Source: Candidatus Hydrogenedentota bacterium (GTDB lineage Bacteria > Hydrogenedentota > Hydrogenedentia > Hydrogenedentales > SLHB01). Taken from it: 18,210 bases of DNA. The notes under the pieces were generated by a model. That model was given only the letters and a program-made list of their open reading frames with translations. It made no database searches and was not told the DNA's origin. This document shows positions 1 to 8,097 of the stretch, piece after piece (position 1 is the stretch's first letter; the number at the start of each line of letters is the position of its first letter). The stretch lies in assembly GCA_034408725.1 (NCBI GenBank), contig JAWXCN010000238.1, positions 1 through 18,210 on the forward strand, written 5' to 3'. Position numbers and translations under genes: made by a program.

Positions 1-1032
1 CGCGAAACGCGGCGTACCCGCGGCGTAGTTTGGGCAACGGTTGAATCCATCCTCTCGCCATCTCCAGACCGGACGGTCGCGCCCTGCGAATTGTTTGGCC
101 GCTGTGGAGGCTGCACCTGGCTGCACTTTGCATACCCGGCGCAGTTGCATTGGAAGCGGACTATTGTCTCCGAAACGTTGCGCCGGATTGGCGGCATCGA
201 GGCCGAGGTCATCGCGATGGAAGAGCCGGCGTTGCGGCTCGGCTATCGCACGCGCGCGGAATTTCACGGAGGAACGAACACCAGGGGATTTTATGCCATC
301 GGCACACACGACGTCGTCGACGTGTCTGCATGCCCGCTATGCCACGCGGGTTTGAATGCAGCGCTCGGTGTCCTGCGCGCCGGGCATGTCGAGGGGTCTG
401 TGACCATTACAGTGAATCCGGAAGGCGAGGAAGTCCTGATATGGACGTCGCGGCACAATCCCGGCGTGGAAAAGATTTTTCCCGGAGCGCAGTCCATGCA
501 GAGCGCGGGCCCGCGAAACCAGTTTATTTTTGATGGCGTTCCTGTCGTAAACGGCGCGTTCAGCCAGTCGAGTCTCCTGCTCAACCGCATGTTGCGTGAC
601 ACCGTGGCCAACAGTGCCGGAGATGCGCGCCGCGTGCTTGATTTGTATTGCGGCACGGGGAACCTGTCGCTATCGCTTGATGCCGAGGTGCTGGGCCTTG
701 ATCACAATCAGGCGAGCGTAACGGCCGCGCGCGCAATGATGCGGGGCGAGTACAAGGTGGGGGGTACGCCCGAATTCATTCGCGAGATCGCGGCGAACCC
801 GTGGGACGCGATCATTCTGGACCCTCCGCGTGAAGGCGCGAAGTCCATTATGCCGGCGGTGTCCGTGTCCAACGCGAACACGGTGATTTACGTGTCGTGC
901 GATCCGGCAACACTTGCGCGCGACGCGAAAACAATGGTCGCGGGCGGCTGGCGCGTTCAAACGGTTTCAGCGTTGGATATGTTTCCACATACCTCGCATA
1001 TAGAAACGGTGTGCGTATTCGAGCGGGAGTAA
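1..1032 (+). CDS. rlmD: RlmD/RumA/TrmA-family RNA (uracil-C5)-methyltransferase, 5'-truncated at the window edge
   Basis: Frame 1 is open from base 1 (RETRRTRGVVWATVESILSPSPDRTVAPCELFGRCGGC), so the gene starts upstream of the window. Motifs: C-x5-CGGC [4Fe-4S], FSQ, SAM-binding VLDLYCGTG, ILDPPREG, catalytic YVSCDPATLARD, DMFPHTSHIE. TAA at 1030-1032. Confidence 0.9.
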   Translation, partial: RETRRTRGVVWATVESILSPSPDRTVAPCELFGRCGGCTWLHFAYPAQLHWKRTIVSETLRRIGGIEAEVIAMEEPALRLGYRTRAEFHGGTNTRGFYAIGTHDVVDVSACPLCHAGLNAALGVLRAGHVEGSVTITVNPEGEEVLIWTSRHNPGVEKIFPGAQSMQSAGPRNQFIFDGVPVVNGAFSQSSLLLNRMLRDTVANSAGDARRVLDLYCGTGNLSLSLDAEVLGLDHNQASVTAARAMMRGEYKVGGTPEFIREIAANPWDAIILDPPREGAKSIMPAVSVSNANTVIYVSCDPATLARDAKTMVAGGWRVQTVSALDMFPHTSHIETVCVFERE

Positions 1033-1038
1033 CGGCTC

Positions 1039-2487
1039 TCAGAACTGGAAATAGATAAACGCGCCGCTCGAATTCTCGCGCACCAACATCAGGATGAGCA
1101 TGCCCGCGGCGTACGCAATGCCCCGGCGCCACCACGCGTCTTCTTCGGTGAATGGCAGTTCCGAGGCGCGGCGCCAGCATCGGAAGTCCAGCGCAAAAAT
1201 CACGAGACCGTAGAAAAAGAGGGCCTCCCACAGTCCGAGGAAATCCGGCGTCGCGAGCGCGCTGCTCACGGCCGCCGAATTGTTGATCAGCAGCGCGTTG
1301 TAGGCGAGCGCGGAATCGAGATCGGGCGCGCGGAAAAACACCCACGTCAAACACACCAAATGAAACGTGACGAACACGCCCGCCGCGTAGTTCAGCCAGG
1401 GGCCAACCCCGATGGGGACGGGTTCGAACGACACTTTCCGTTTGCGGAGGTAAAACTTGTGGACCGCCAGGAAGATTCCGTGAAGTCCGCCCCAGATGAC
1501 AAAGGTCCAGTTAGCGCCATGCCACAGTCCGCCGAGCAGCATCGTGATCATTATGTTCTTGTACTGGGCGAACGGGCCGCCGCGGTTTCCTCCCAGGGGA
1601 ATGTAAAGGTAATCGCGCAACCACGTGGACAGCGAAATATGCCAGCGGCGCCAGAACTCGGTGATATTGCGCGATAGGTACGGTTGCCGGAAATTTTCCA
1701 TGAGCTCGATACCCATGAGCCGGCTGATGCCCCGGGCGATATCGCTGTAGCCGGAAAAATCGCAGTAAATCTGTATTGCAAATGCATAAACGCACAGCAA
1801 CAAGGTCAATGCGTCGCATCCAGCGGGATTCGTAAACGCAGCGTCCGCGTATCGCGCAAGACTATCGGCGATGGCGACCTTTTTCACGTAGCCCCAGAGA
1901 ATGAGCTGAAGACCCGTGGCCCATTCACGTTGCCCGACGCGGCGGTCGGCCTGAATCTGCGGAAGCAGGCGCGTCGCGCGTTCAATGGGTCCCGCGACGA
2001 GCTGCGGTAAATAGGCGACGAACAGCGCGAAATCAACGAAGGACCGGCAGGCAGGTTGGTCGCGCCGGTACACGTCCAAAGCATAGGAAAGCGTCTGGAA
2101 CGAATAAAAACTGATGCCCACGGGCAGCACGACTTCGAGCAAGGGCGGTGAGGCGGGAATGCCGAGGGTGCTCAACGCATCGATTGCCGACGTCACGAAG
2201 AAATCGAAATACTTGAAAAACCCCAGCATGCCCAGATTCGTAAAAAGGCTTATCGAAATGAGACCGCGACGTCTTCCCGGCGATGTTGTCTTGTCAAGTG
2301 AAAGGGCAACCGCGTAGTCAACAACTGTGGATACCCAGAGAAGCCCGAGAAAACGCCAGTCCCACCAACCGTAGAACACATAGCTCGCCACCAACAGGAA
2401 CAAGTTCTGGCCGCGGCGTGAAAGCGAATAGTAAATGGGCAACACGATCACGATGAACGCCGCGAACGTCCAGGAATTAAACAGCAC
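1039..2487 (-). CDS. MBOAT-family O-acyltransferase (AlgI/DltB/PatA-like), 482 aa
   Basis: MLFNS start (GTG), LPVGISFYSFQ, PQLVAGPIER, QIYCDFSGYSDIA, ENFRQPY, EFWRRWHISLSTWLRDYLYIPLGG, catalytic GLWHGA, terminal FIYFQF; many hydrophobic segments. Confidence 0.95.
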   Translation of the reverse strand: MLFNSWTFAAFIVIVLPIYYSLSRRGQNLFLLVASYVFYGWWDWRFLGLLWVSTVVDYAVALSLDKTTSPGRRRGLISISLFTNLGMLGFFKYFDFFVTSAIDALSTLGIPASPPLLEVVLPVGISFYSFQTLSYALDVYRRDQPACRSFVDFALFVAYLPQLVAGPIERATRLLPQIQADRRVGQREWATGLQLILWGYVKKVAIADSLARYADAAFTNPAGCDALTLLLCVYAFAIQIYCDFSGYSDIARGISRLMGIELMENFRQPYLSRNITEFWRRWHISLSTWLRDYLYIPLGGNRGGPFAQYKNIMITMLLGGLWHGANWTFVIWGGLHGIFLAVHKFYLRKRKVSFEPVPIGVGPWLNYAAGVFVTFHLVCLTWVFFRAPDLDSALAYNALLINNSAAVSSALATPDFLGLWEALFFYGLVIFALDFRCWRRASELPFTEEDAWWRRGIAYAAGMLILMLVRENSSGAFIYFQF

Positions 2488-2489
2488 GG

Positions 2490-3518
2490 TTACTGCCCGC
2501 GCGCTTCGTCGAGTTCGATGCGCGCGACACGCGCCGCCTCGCCGGTCAGTTCGCGCAGAATCACGTCCATGGTGTTGTGTACAGGGTCTACGAAGTCCCT
2601 GTTCCTGAAGACAGTTGCATTCGGGTCGTCGTACCAGGCGAGGTTAACGCGGGAATCCTCCAACGATAAAAGCACTTCGCGAAACGATTCGAAACTTTCT
2701 TCGAGTGAAGGGGTCGAGTGAACGGCATCTAAAAAGTCTGGACGAAGCGGTGGAATCCAGAACAGAATCTTGCAATCAGCCGGAACGATGCGAAGGATTT
2801 CATCGGTTGCGTCCTTCGCGGGAATGAACGGTTCGGGCGGAGGAGCGGTTGCCCGCATAATTTTTTCATCGGTCCACCCGGGGAGTTTTGGAAGTCGCGC
2901 AATACTATACGTAGCTGTACCCGGCGTTTTGTATTCGCGATGACGCGCGTCCTTGTCCATGCCGAATTGTTGGCAGAACACACGCCAGCCGATTGGATTA
3001 TTGCGATGCGACGTGAACGGGAACACGAGGTCCGCAAAAGCCAGGACACGAAGTGGCGCGGTGGGCAGTTTCCAACGTTCCGCCGCGGACGCATACCGGG
3101 AAAACAGCGTGCGTGTGCGGCCTTCCATTTCCTTCACGCGATAATATGATCCGGGCGTCCATTCGAAGACTATTAGTTTACAGTGCTGAAGGAGCGCCGG
3201 ATTGCGTTTCAGGAACAGCAGGTGAGTCCACGCGGTGGATGCGGCAAAGCCAAAGGACCCGGCGTCCTGTTCGGGTACGTTCAAGGCCTTCGCGAATGCG
3301 GGTCCCAGAACAAATTGCGTCCGGGACGAACCCAGCAACAGTACCTTCGGACTCTCGGCGAGGCCCGTCCGGTAGTCAATCTCCTTGTTAAAATAAACAA
3401 ATGTATCCGCGTCGCCATTAGGGACTGTGGTGAACAATTCGGCGCCGAACACAAAGACCAGGCGGACGGCAACGAGTATTCCCAATGCCAACCAAAAAGA
3501 TCGAGCCGGCCGCGGCAT
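2490..3518 (-). CDS. Membrane-anchored SGNH-like acyltransferase/hydrolase (DltD/DUF1574/AlgJ-like MBOAT partner), about 342 aa
   Basis: N-terminal hydrophobic anchor (FWLALGILVAVRLVFVFG), LLLGSSR nucleophile block and C-terminal DFVDPVH (DxxH). The stop is 2 bp upstream of the MBOAT start. ATG at 3518 chosen because the anchor follows it directly; the ORF is open up to 3659. Confidence 0.7.
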   Translation of the reverse strand: MPRPARSFWLALGILVAVRLVFVFGAELFTTVPNGDADTFVYFNKEIDYRTGLAESPKVLLLGSSRTQFVLGPAFAKALNVPEQDAGSFGFAASTAWTHLLFLKRNPALLQHCKLIVFEWTPGSYYRVKEMEGRTRTLFSRYASAAERWKLPTAPLRVLAFADLVFPFTSHRNNPIGWRVFCQQFGMDKDARHREYKTPGTATYSIARLPKLPGWTDEKIMRATAPPPEPFIPAKDATDEILRIVPADCKILFWIPPLRPDFLDAVHSTPSLEESFESFREVLLSLEDSRVNLAWYDDPNATVFRNRDFVDPVHNTMDVILRELTGEAARVARIELDEARGQ

Positions 3519-3676
3519 TTCGTAGAGGGTGCGCGGCGACGCAGCATTTAAGAATATGGGTTCCGGGTTCACCGGTAGTGAACAAACCTGCGGTGGAAAA
3601 GCATCGACCATTCCCCTCGACTCCCACAAAAGTGTAGCAGAGACGGTCTCGCGCCGCACGATAACCGTGTGAAACC

Positions 3677-4888
3677 TTACTCCGTGTTGAGTTCCCGTCC
3701 GTTCGCCGCGTCAATTATCCAGGAGTACAAGAGGCCGCCTTGGAATATCTCATCGGTCGCGCCTTGTCCTGCGCGGACTGAAACGAGTGGATTTGGATTC
3801 GCGGAATTGCCCGATGAGTTATCGAAATATCCGATCGCCTCGATTCGTGTGTCCCGTGGCAGCAATAGCGGCTTTTCAAGGACGTAGTCCGAGAGCCAAT
3901 CGAAATCGAAATGTGAAATGCGCAGCAATGATTCCGATTGGCCGGAGGGATAGTGCGCCACGAGTTCGATTGCCTGCCCGCGATAGTTCATCGAAGCGTT
4001 CAGCGCGTGGACGAGCATGTCGGCCGGGACCGTGCCTTGCGCGCCAACACGGAAGCGCGAAGTGTTTGGCGGGATCAGAAAATTTGCATCCGACAGCGTT
4101 GCCCAACGCACCGGGTGGGCGGGCGCTTCGCCGGCTATCGAAAAGCCAAAACGCGTCCGGTCTGTTTCCGGTTTGCCGCAGCTCATGTAGTGGACGCGCA
4201 CGACAAACGTGGCATTTCGAGGAATCAGCATTCCTTGGCCTGGCGCGAGCAACGTAGGGCCAGTCGCTGGGGAATAGCGCGCAACCAGGGGTGACTCCGG
4301 AGTAAATGCGTTTTGATGCGCATCACTTTTAAGTGTTAAGACAACGTGATGCACGACCTTGGTATTGCCAGGCCGAATCTCGATGGCGTTGATCCAAGTG
4401 TCCCGTGCAAAACCCGATGGGACTTCGTACTCCTTCACGGGGACGAGACCAGTTGCCGGAATCGATACGGTCTCCGGGAGCGTGAACAAAGCGTCAGGTT
4501 TCCCTATCCGCCACTGGCTTGGAAACCGTTGCAGTTCGACGGGCGCCGCTGTTGCGCCTCGCGGGGCGCCGGCATCGATCCATGCCGCGATGACGCGAAT
4601 CTCCTCGACTGTCAATCGGCGATCGTTCCGGAAATGGCCAACGTCCGGATCGGCGTGCCAGGGCGGCATGCGGCGTTCGGCCACGACTTCTTTGATCATG
4701 GCCGCGCGCGATACTACGTCTTCGTAACGCAATAGTGGAAACGGTCCGGCGCCATCCCTGTAGTGGCAGGCCGCGCACTTTTGCGTAATGATGGGAGCAA
4801 TAGTCGCGCCATAGTCAATGTCTGAGGCTGCAATCGGAGTGCTTAGCAGTAAAATGCTGGCCGCACCGATGTGCATTAGCTTAGACAT
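3677..4888 (-). CDS. Exported c-type cytochrome fused to a copper type II ascorbate-dependent monooxygenase-like (PHM/DBH) domain; CuM site degenerate
   Basis: Signal peptide; CAACH heme motif (4763-4777); GPFPL and RMPPW; VVHHVV and VHY CuH ligands; FDFDW and DNSSGNSANPNP typical of this bacterial family. GGAG upstream of the ATG. Confidence 0.8.
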   Translation of the reverse strand: MSKLMHIGAASILLLSTPIAASDIDYGATIAPIITQKCAACHYRDGAGPFPLLRYEDVVSRAAMIKEVVAERRMPPWHADPDVGHFRNDRRLTVEEIRVIAAWIDAGAPRGATAAPVELQRFPSQWRIGKPDALFTLPETVSIPATGLVPVKEYEVPSGFARDTWINAIEIRPGNTKVVHHVVLTLKSDAHQNAFTPESPLVARYSPATGPTLLAPGQGMLIPRNATFVVRVHYMSCGKPETDRTRFGFSIAGEAPAHPVRWATLSDANFLIPPNTSRFRVGAQGTVPADMLVHALNASMNYRGQAIELVAHYPSGQSESLLRISHFDFDWLSDYVLEKPLLLPRDTRIEAIGYFDNSSGNSANPNPLVSVRAGQGATDEIFQGGLLYSWIIDAANGRELNTE

Positions 4889-4910
4889 TGAGGAACTCCG
4901 ATTCTACAAT

Positions 4911-5471
4911 TCAATCGCTGATGCGCTCTGCGTAAAGTTTCGGATAATCTTCGCGGACCCATTGCGCAAACGGCTTGGACTCATCGTAGAGTTCGAGTAA
5001 ATTGCCGATGGGAGCCTTCATAAAGAAAAGTCCAAACTCGCCGCCCGCGTCCTCAAGACTGCCGCCATCCATCAATTGATATACGGCAGACGCGGTGCCT
5101 GCGCGGTGTACCCCTGCCTGGCAATGCACGAGGACAGGCTTCTCCGCGGTCTCGATGAGATTCACGAGCGCGGACAACGATTCGGGATCGGGGATGCGCA
5201 ACATGCTCCATTTCAAGTCGTGGTGCGCGACGCCATTTTGGGCGCAGGCCTGAACTTCGCGTTGATACCAGAGCGCGTCCCGATGTTCGCCGCGCAGGTT
5301 GATTACGGTCCTGATTTCGTAGCGTCCAATGACTGCGTCGAGTTTTGCGCGGCCCATCTGCCCGGACCGGTAGAACGATTGCCGCTCGACGGGCCGTAAA
5401 TTGTCGTTGAAAACCGAACACGACGAAACCGAAAGCAAGGGAAGGAGGCAAAGGAGAATTCGTAAGCACAT
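4911..5471 (-). CDS. Cys-based tyrosine/dual-specificity phosphatase family lipoprotein, 186 aa
   Basis: Hydrophobic signal with a lipobox-like VSSC; YRSGQ, IRTVINLRG and P-loop PVLVHCQAGVHRAG (HCxxGxxR). Confidence 0.85.
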   Translation of the reverse strand: MCLRILLCLLPLLSVSSCSVFNDNLRPVERQSFYRSGQMGRAKLDAVIGRYEIRTVINLRGEHRDALWYQREVQACAQNGVAHHDLKWSMLRIPDPESLSALVNLIETAEKPVLVHCQAGVHRAGTASAVYQLMDGGSLEDAGGEFGLFFMKAPIGNLLELYDESKPFAQWVREDYPKLYAERISD

Positions 5472-5480
5472 CGTTGCTGT

Positions 5481-6593
5481 TTATTCCACGCGTTGTGTCG
5501 TGCCTGTTTCCGCCGCGCGATACGTCTGAAACACCGTCTTCAATACGTGCAACGAATCTTGCGTCGTAATTGGGGGCGGCTCGATGCCCATGCAGGCGCG
5601 CACCGCGGACCGTAAAAATGTGACATAAGGATCGAAACCGGATGGTCCGACAAAAGTTTGCACCGCGGGTGGCTCCAACGCCGTGCTGTACCAACGCAGG
5701 GTTTCCGGCGTGTCCGATTCGATTTGAAGCCAGCCTTGCGAACCCCAAATTTTCAGGTGCGATTGGTAGCCTTTGTCGAGATAGTAGCCGGAGGTCATTG
5801 TGCCGAACGTTCCGTTGTCGAACCGCATGGTCATCGCGACCGAGTCTTCAGTATTGATAGGTTGCCCACCGACGTTGCCGGAGAACCCCGCCACCTGTTC
5901 GATGCGGGAACCGGTGAGAAACATTGCGAGATCAAGCCAATGAATCCCCAGCCACGTGAGGTGGCCGCCGCCCGCGCGTCCCTTATCGGCAAGCCAGGAT
6001 GCGTGATACGACTCGCTCGTCAGCCGCGTCTGATCCTGAATCATATTTAATTCGACGCCGTAGATTTTTCCGATCTTGCCTTCAGCTATCAGGCGCTTGG
6101 CTTCGGCTGCTTCCGAATTCACGCGATTGACGAGGGCCAGCATGAGGTGACGCTTTGCCGCGTCGGCTTTCGTTGCCAATTGCGCGAAATCTTCCGCGCT
6201 CACGCACGCGGGCTTCTCGGCGAACACGTGACAGCCTGCGTCGAGTGCGGCGTTGATCGCTGTGGGCCCAACTTTGGCTTCGACGCTGATGAGCGCCATC
6301 GCCGGCTTTTCCGCCGCAAGCAGTTCGACGCGGTCCTTATACACCTTGACCAGCTTGTCGCCCAACGCTATGCGCGCTTCGGCCTCGGCGTTCCCATCGG
6401 GATCGGCGAGCACAACGGACTGAACTTCGTCGATCTTCGCGAGCGACTGATAATAGATGCCGAGATGCGTGCCGCCCGCATGGGTAATCAAGCCAACCTT
6501 GATGCCGGGCTGCGGCGCAGCTTCCTGCGCGGTCGCCACCGCCAGCGCGCCAGCGCCAACCGCCGAGTGGCGTAGAAATTGTCTTCGGTTCAT
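5481..6593 (-). CDS. Gfo/Idh/MocA-family oxidoreductase with Tat signal, about 370 aa
   Basis: MNRRQFL twin-arginine signal at ATG 6593, which overlaps the upstream stop (TAATG). HVFAEKP motif; GGGHLTWLGIHWLD. Confidence 0.9.
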   Translation of the reverse strand: MNRRQFLRHSAVGAGALAVATAQEAAPQPGIKVGLITHAGGTHLGIYYQSLAKIDEVQSVVLADPDGNAEAEARIALGDKLVKVYKDRVELLAAEKPAMALISVEAKVGPTAINAALDAGCHVFAEKPACVSAEDFAQLATKADAAKRHLMLALVNRVNSEAAEAKRLIAEGKIGKIYGVELNMIQDQTRLTSESYHASWLADKGRAGGGHLTWLGIHWLDLAMFLTGSRIEQVAGFSGNVGGQPINTEDSVAMTMRFDNGTFGTMTSGYYLDKGYQSHLKIWGSQGWLQIESDTPETLRWYSTALEPPAVQTFVGPSGFDPYVTFLRSAVRACMGIEPPPITTQDSLHVLKTVFQTYRAAETGTTQRVE

Positions 6594-7873
6594 TAGACCT
6601 TTGGTTCCCAACCGGGTTCGTATTCGCGTTTCCAGTATGACATCGCTTCGGCATCGTCGAGGATGTGACCATTCGACGGATCGCAGTGAAGCGTCCGGCC
6701 CGTGCGGTGCGCAATGTTGCCGAGGTGCGTGAGCATGGTGCTGGGATACGCTTCTTCGATTCCGCAGTGGAGTTTTTCCGGCGCGTTCTCGCGAATGCAC
6801 GCGAGAAAATTCGGAATGTGCTCAGCCTCGCCAAGCTGTCCTTTGGACGTGCGCACTTCCTTTCCATCGCCGTCGTATAGAACGTAATCGCCATAATCCA
6901 ATACTTTGAGCGTGCCCTTTTCGCCATAGAACGTCACGAATTCTGGGTTGTACGCGTTGCAACTGTGGCCCTGCCACGTGATCAGTTTTTTGTCCTCGAA
7001 CTCGAAACCGACGACGTGCGTGTCGGGAGTTTCCTGGTCGTCATCGAAACAGTAGCGCCCGCCATTGGATGTGACGCGAACGGGGAAGTCTACGCCAAGA
7101 CCCCAACGGCAAATATCGAGCGTATGCACGCCGTTGTTCCCAAGTTCACCATTGCCCCAATGCCAGAACCAGTGCCAATTGTACGGAACGCGATTGTCCA
7201 TATAGGGCTTGCGCGGGGCGGGCCCCTGCCAAAGTTCGTAATCGAGCGTGGCCGGCACATCGGCCGGTTTGCCTTTTCCAATCGAGCCGCGGGCAGACGC
7301 GTACAATGCGCGCGACGAATAGACACGGCCAAGTTCACCGGCGTGCAGCATGGCAATTGCCGCGCGCGTATTTTCACTGCTGCGGCGTTGCGTGCCCACC
7401 TGCACGAGGCGCTTGTGCGTGCGCGCCGCTTCGGTCATCAGCTCGGCTTCGTGTGGAGTGTGGCTGCACGGTTTTTCCACGTACACGTGTTTGCCCGCGG
7501 AACAACCCAGAATGGTTGCGGGCGCATGCCAATGGTTTGGAGCGGCGCATACCAGCACGTCGACTTCCTTGTCATCGAGTATCTGCCGGAAATCAGTGAT
7601 GCCTTTTGGGGCCGCCTTGCCGGCTTTCTCGACCGCGGCGGCGCCATCCGCGACACGGTTCGAGTCGGCATCGCACACATAGCGAACTTCAACATTGGGT
7701 TCCGCCGCAAAGATGCTCGTGAGCGCGAGACCCCGTGACAATCCCATGACCCCGACAATGACACGTTCGGATGGCGCGTCCTGCGCATGAGCAGCATTCG
7801 CGGCGACAGTCATGCCCGCGACGCTTACCGCGGCGCGATCGAGAAATTGACGTCGATTCAATGTGTCCGGCAT
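6593..7873 (-). CDS. Gfo/Idh/MocA-family oxidoreductase with Tat signal, about 426 aa
   Basis: MPDTLNRRQFL Tat signal; GGAGAG RBS before ATG 7873; PNHWH, HVYVEKP, QVGTQRRS, LDYELWQGPAP, GELGNNGVHTLD. Confidence 0.92.
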   Translation of the reverse strand: MPDTLNRRQFLDRAAVSVAGMTVAANAAHAQDAPSERVIVGVMGLSRGLALTSIFAAEPNVEVRYVCDADSNRVADGAAAVEKAGKAAPKGITDFRQILDDKEVDVLVCAAPNHWHAPATILGCSAGKHVYVEKPCSHTPHEAELMTEAARTHKRLVQVGTQRRSSENTRAAIAMLHAGELGRVYSSRALYASARGSIGKGKPADVPATLDYELWQGPAPRKPYMDNRVPYNWHWFWHWGNGELGNNGVHTLDICRWGLGVDFPVRVTSNGGRYCFDDDQETPDTHVVGFEFEDKKLITWQGHSCNAYNPEFVTFYGEKGTLKVLDYGDYVLYDGDGKEVRTSKGQLGEAEHIPNFLACIRENAPEKLHCGIEEAYPSTMLTHLGNIAHRTGRTLHCDPSNGHILDDAEAMSYWKREYEPGWEPKV

Positions 7874-7960
7874 GGTGCTCTCCCTGGCAATTAAATTTAC
7901 GTTTGCGCCCGCAACAACAATAGTCGATATTGCGGCTATCGCGCAATGCCTTGGAGTGCC

Positions 7961-8067
7961 TTGGAGTGCGGCAGCGAAGCTGCCGCTTTCCCTTCGGAAA
8001 CTATCAGGACTATGGTTCATGGCCACACTACACTTAGCCAAAGCGGTAGCTCCTCTATCCGCTCCAA
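7961..8067. repeat. Inverted pair of REP-like palindromes (TTGGAGTGCGG...CCGCTTT type)
   Basis: Left copy 7961-7989 TTGGAGTGCGGCAGCGAAGCTGCCGCTTT (8-bp stem, GAA loop). Right copy 8038-8067 reverse-complements to TTGGAGCGGATAGAGGAGCTACCGCTTTGG, a degenerate inverted copy. Confidence 0.6.
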
Positions 8068-8084
8068 CAAGCGCAAACATCGTG

Positions 8085-8090
8085 TATACT
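8085..8090 (+). promoter_or_regulatory. Candidate sigma70 -10 element (TATACT) of a leaderless transcript
   Basis: TATACT ends 7 nt before ATG 8098 and there is no Shine-Dalgarno in between (CCGCCGC). Confidence 0.5.
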
Positions 8091-8097
8091 CCGCCGC

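Noticed and set aside
91..1032. ORF-track start at TTG 91 for the methyltransferase
   Set aside because: The frame is open to base 1 and the first Fe-S cysteine lies upstream of 91, so the gene is truncated by the window edge.
6594..6800. N-terminal extension of the 439-aa ORF
   Set aside because: It overlaps the upstream oxidoreductase on the same strand; the Tat signal and TAATG coupling place the start at 6593.
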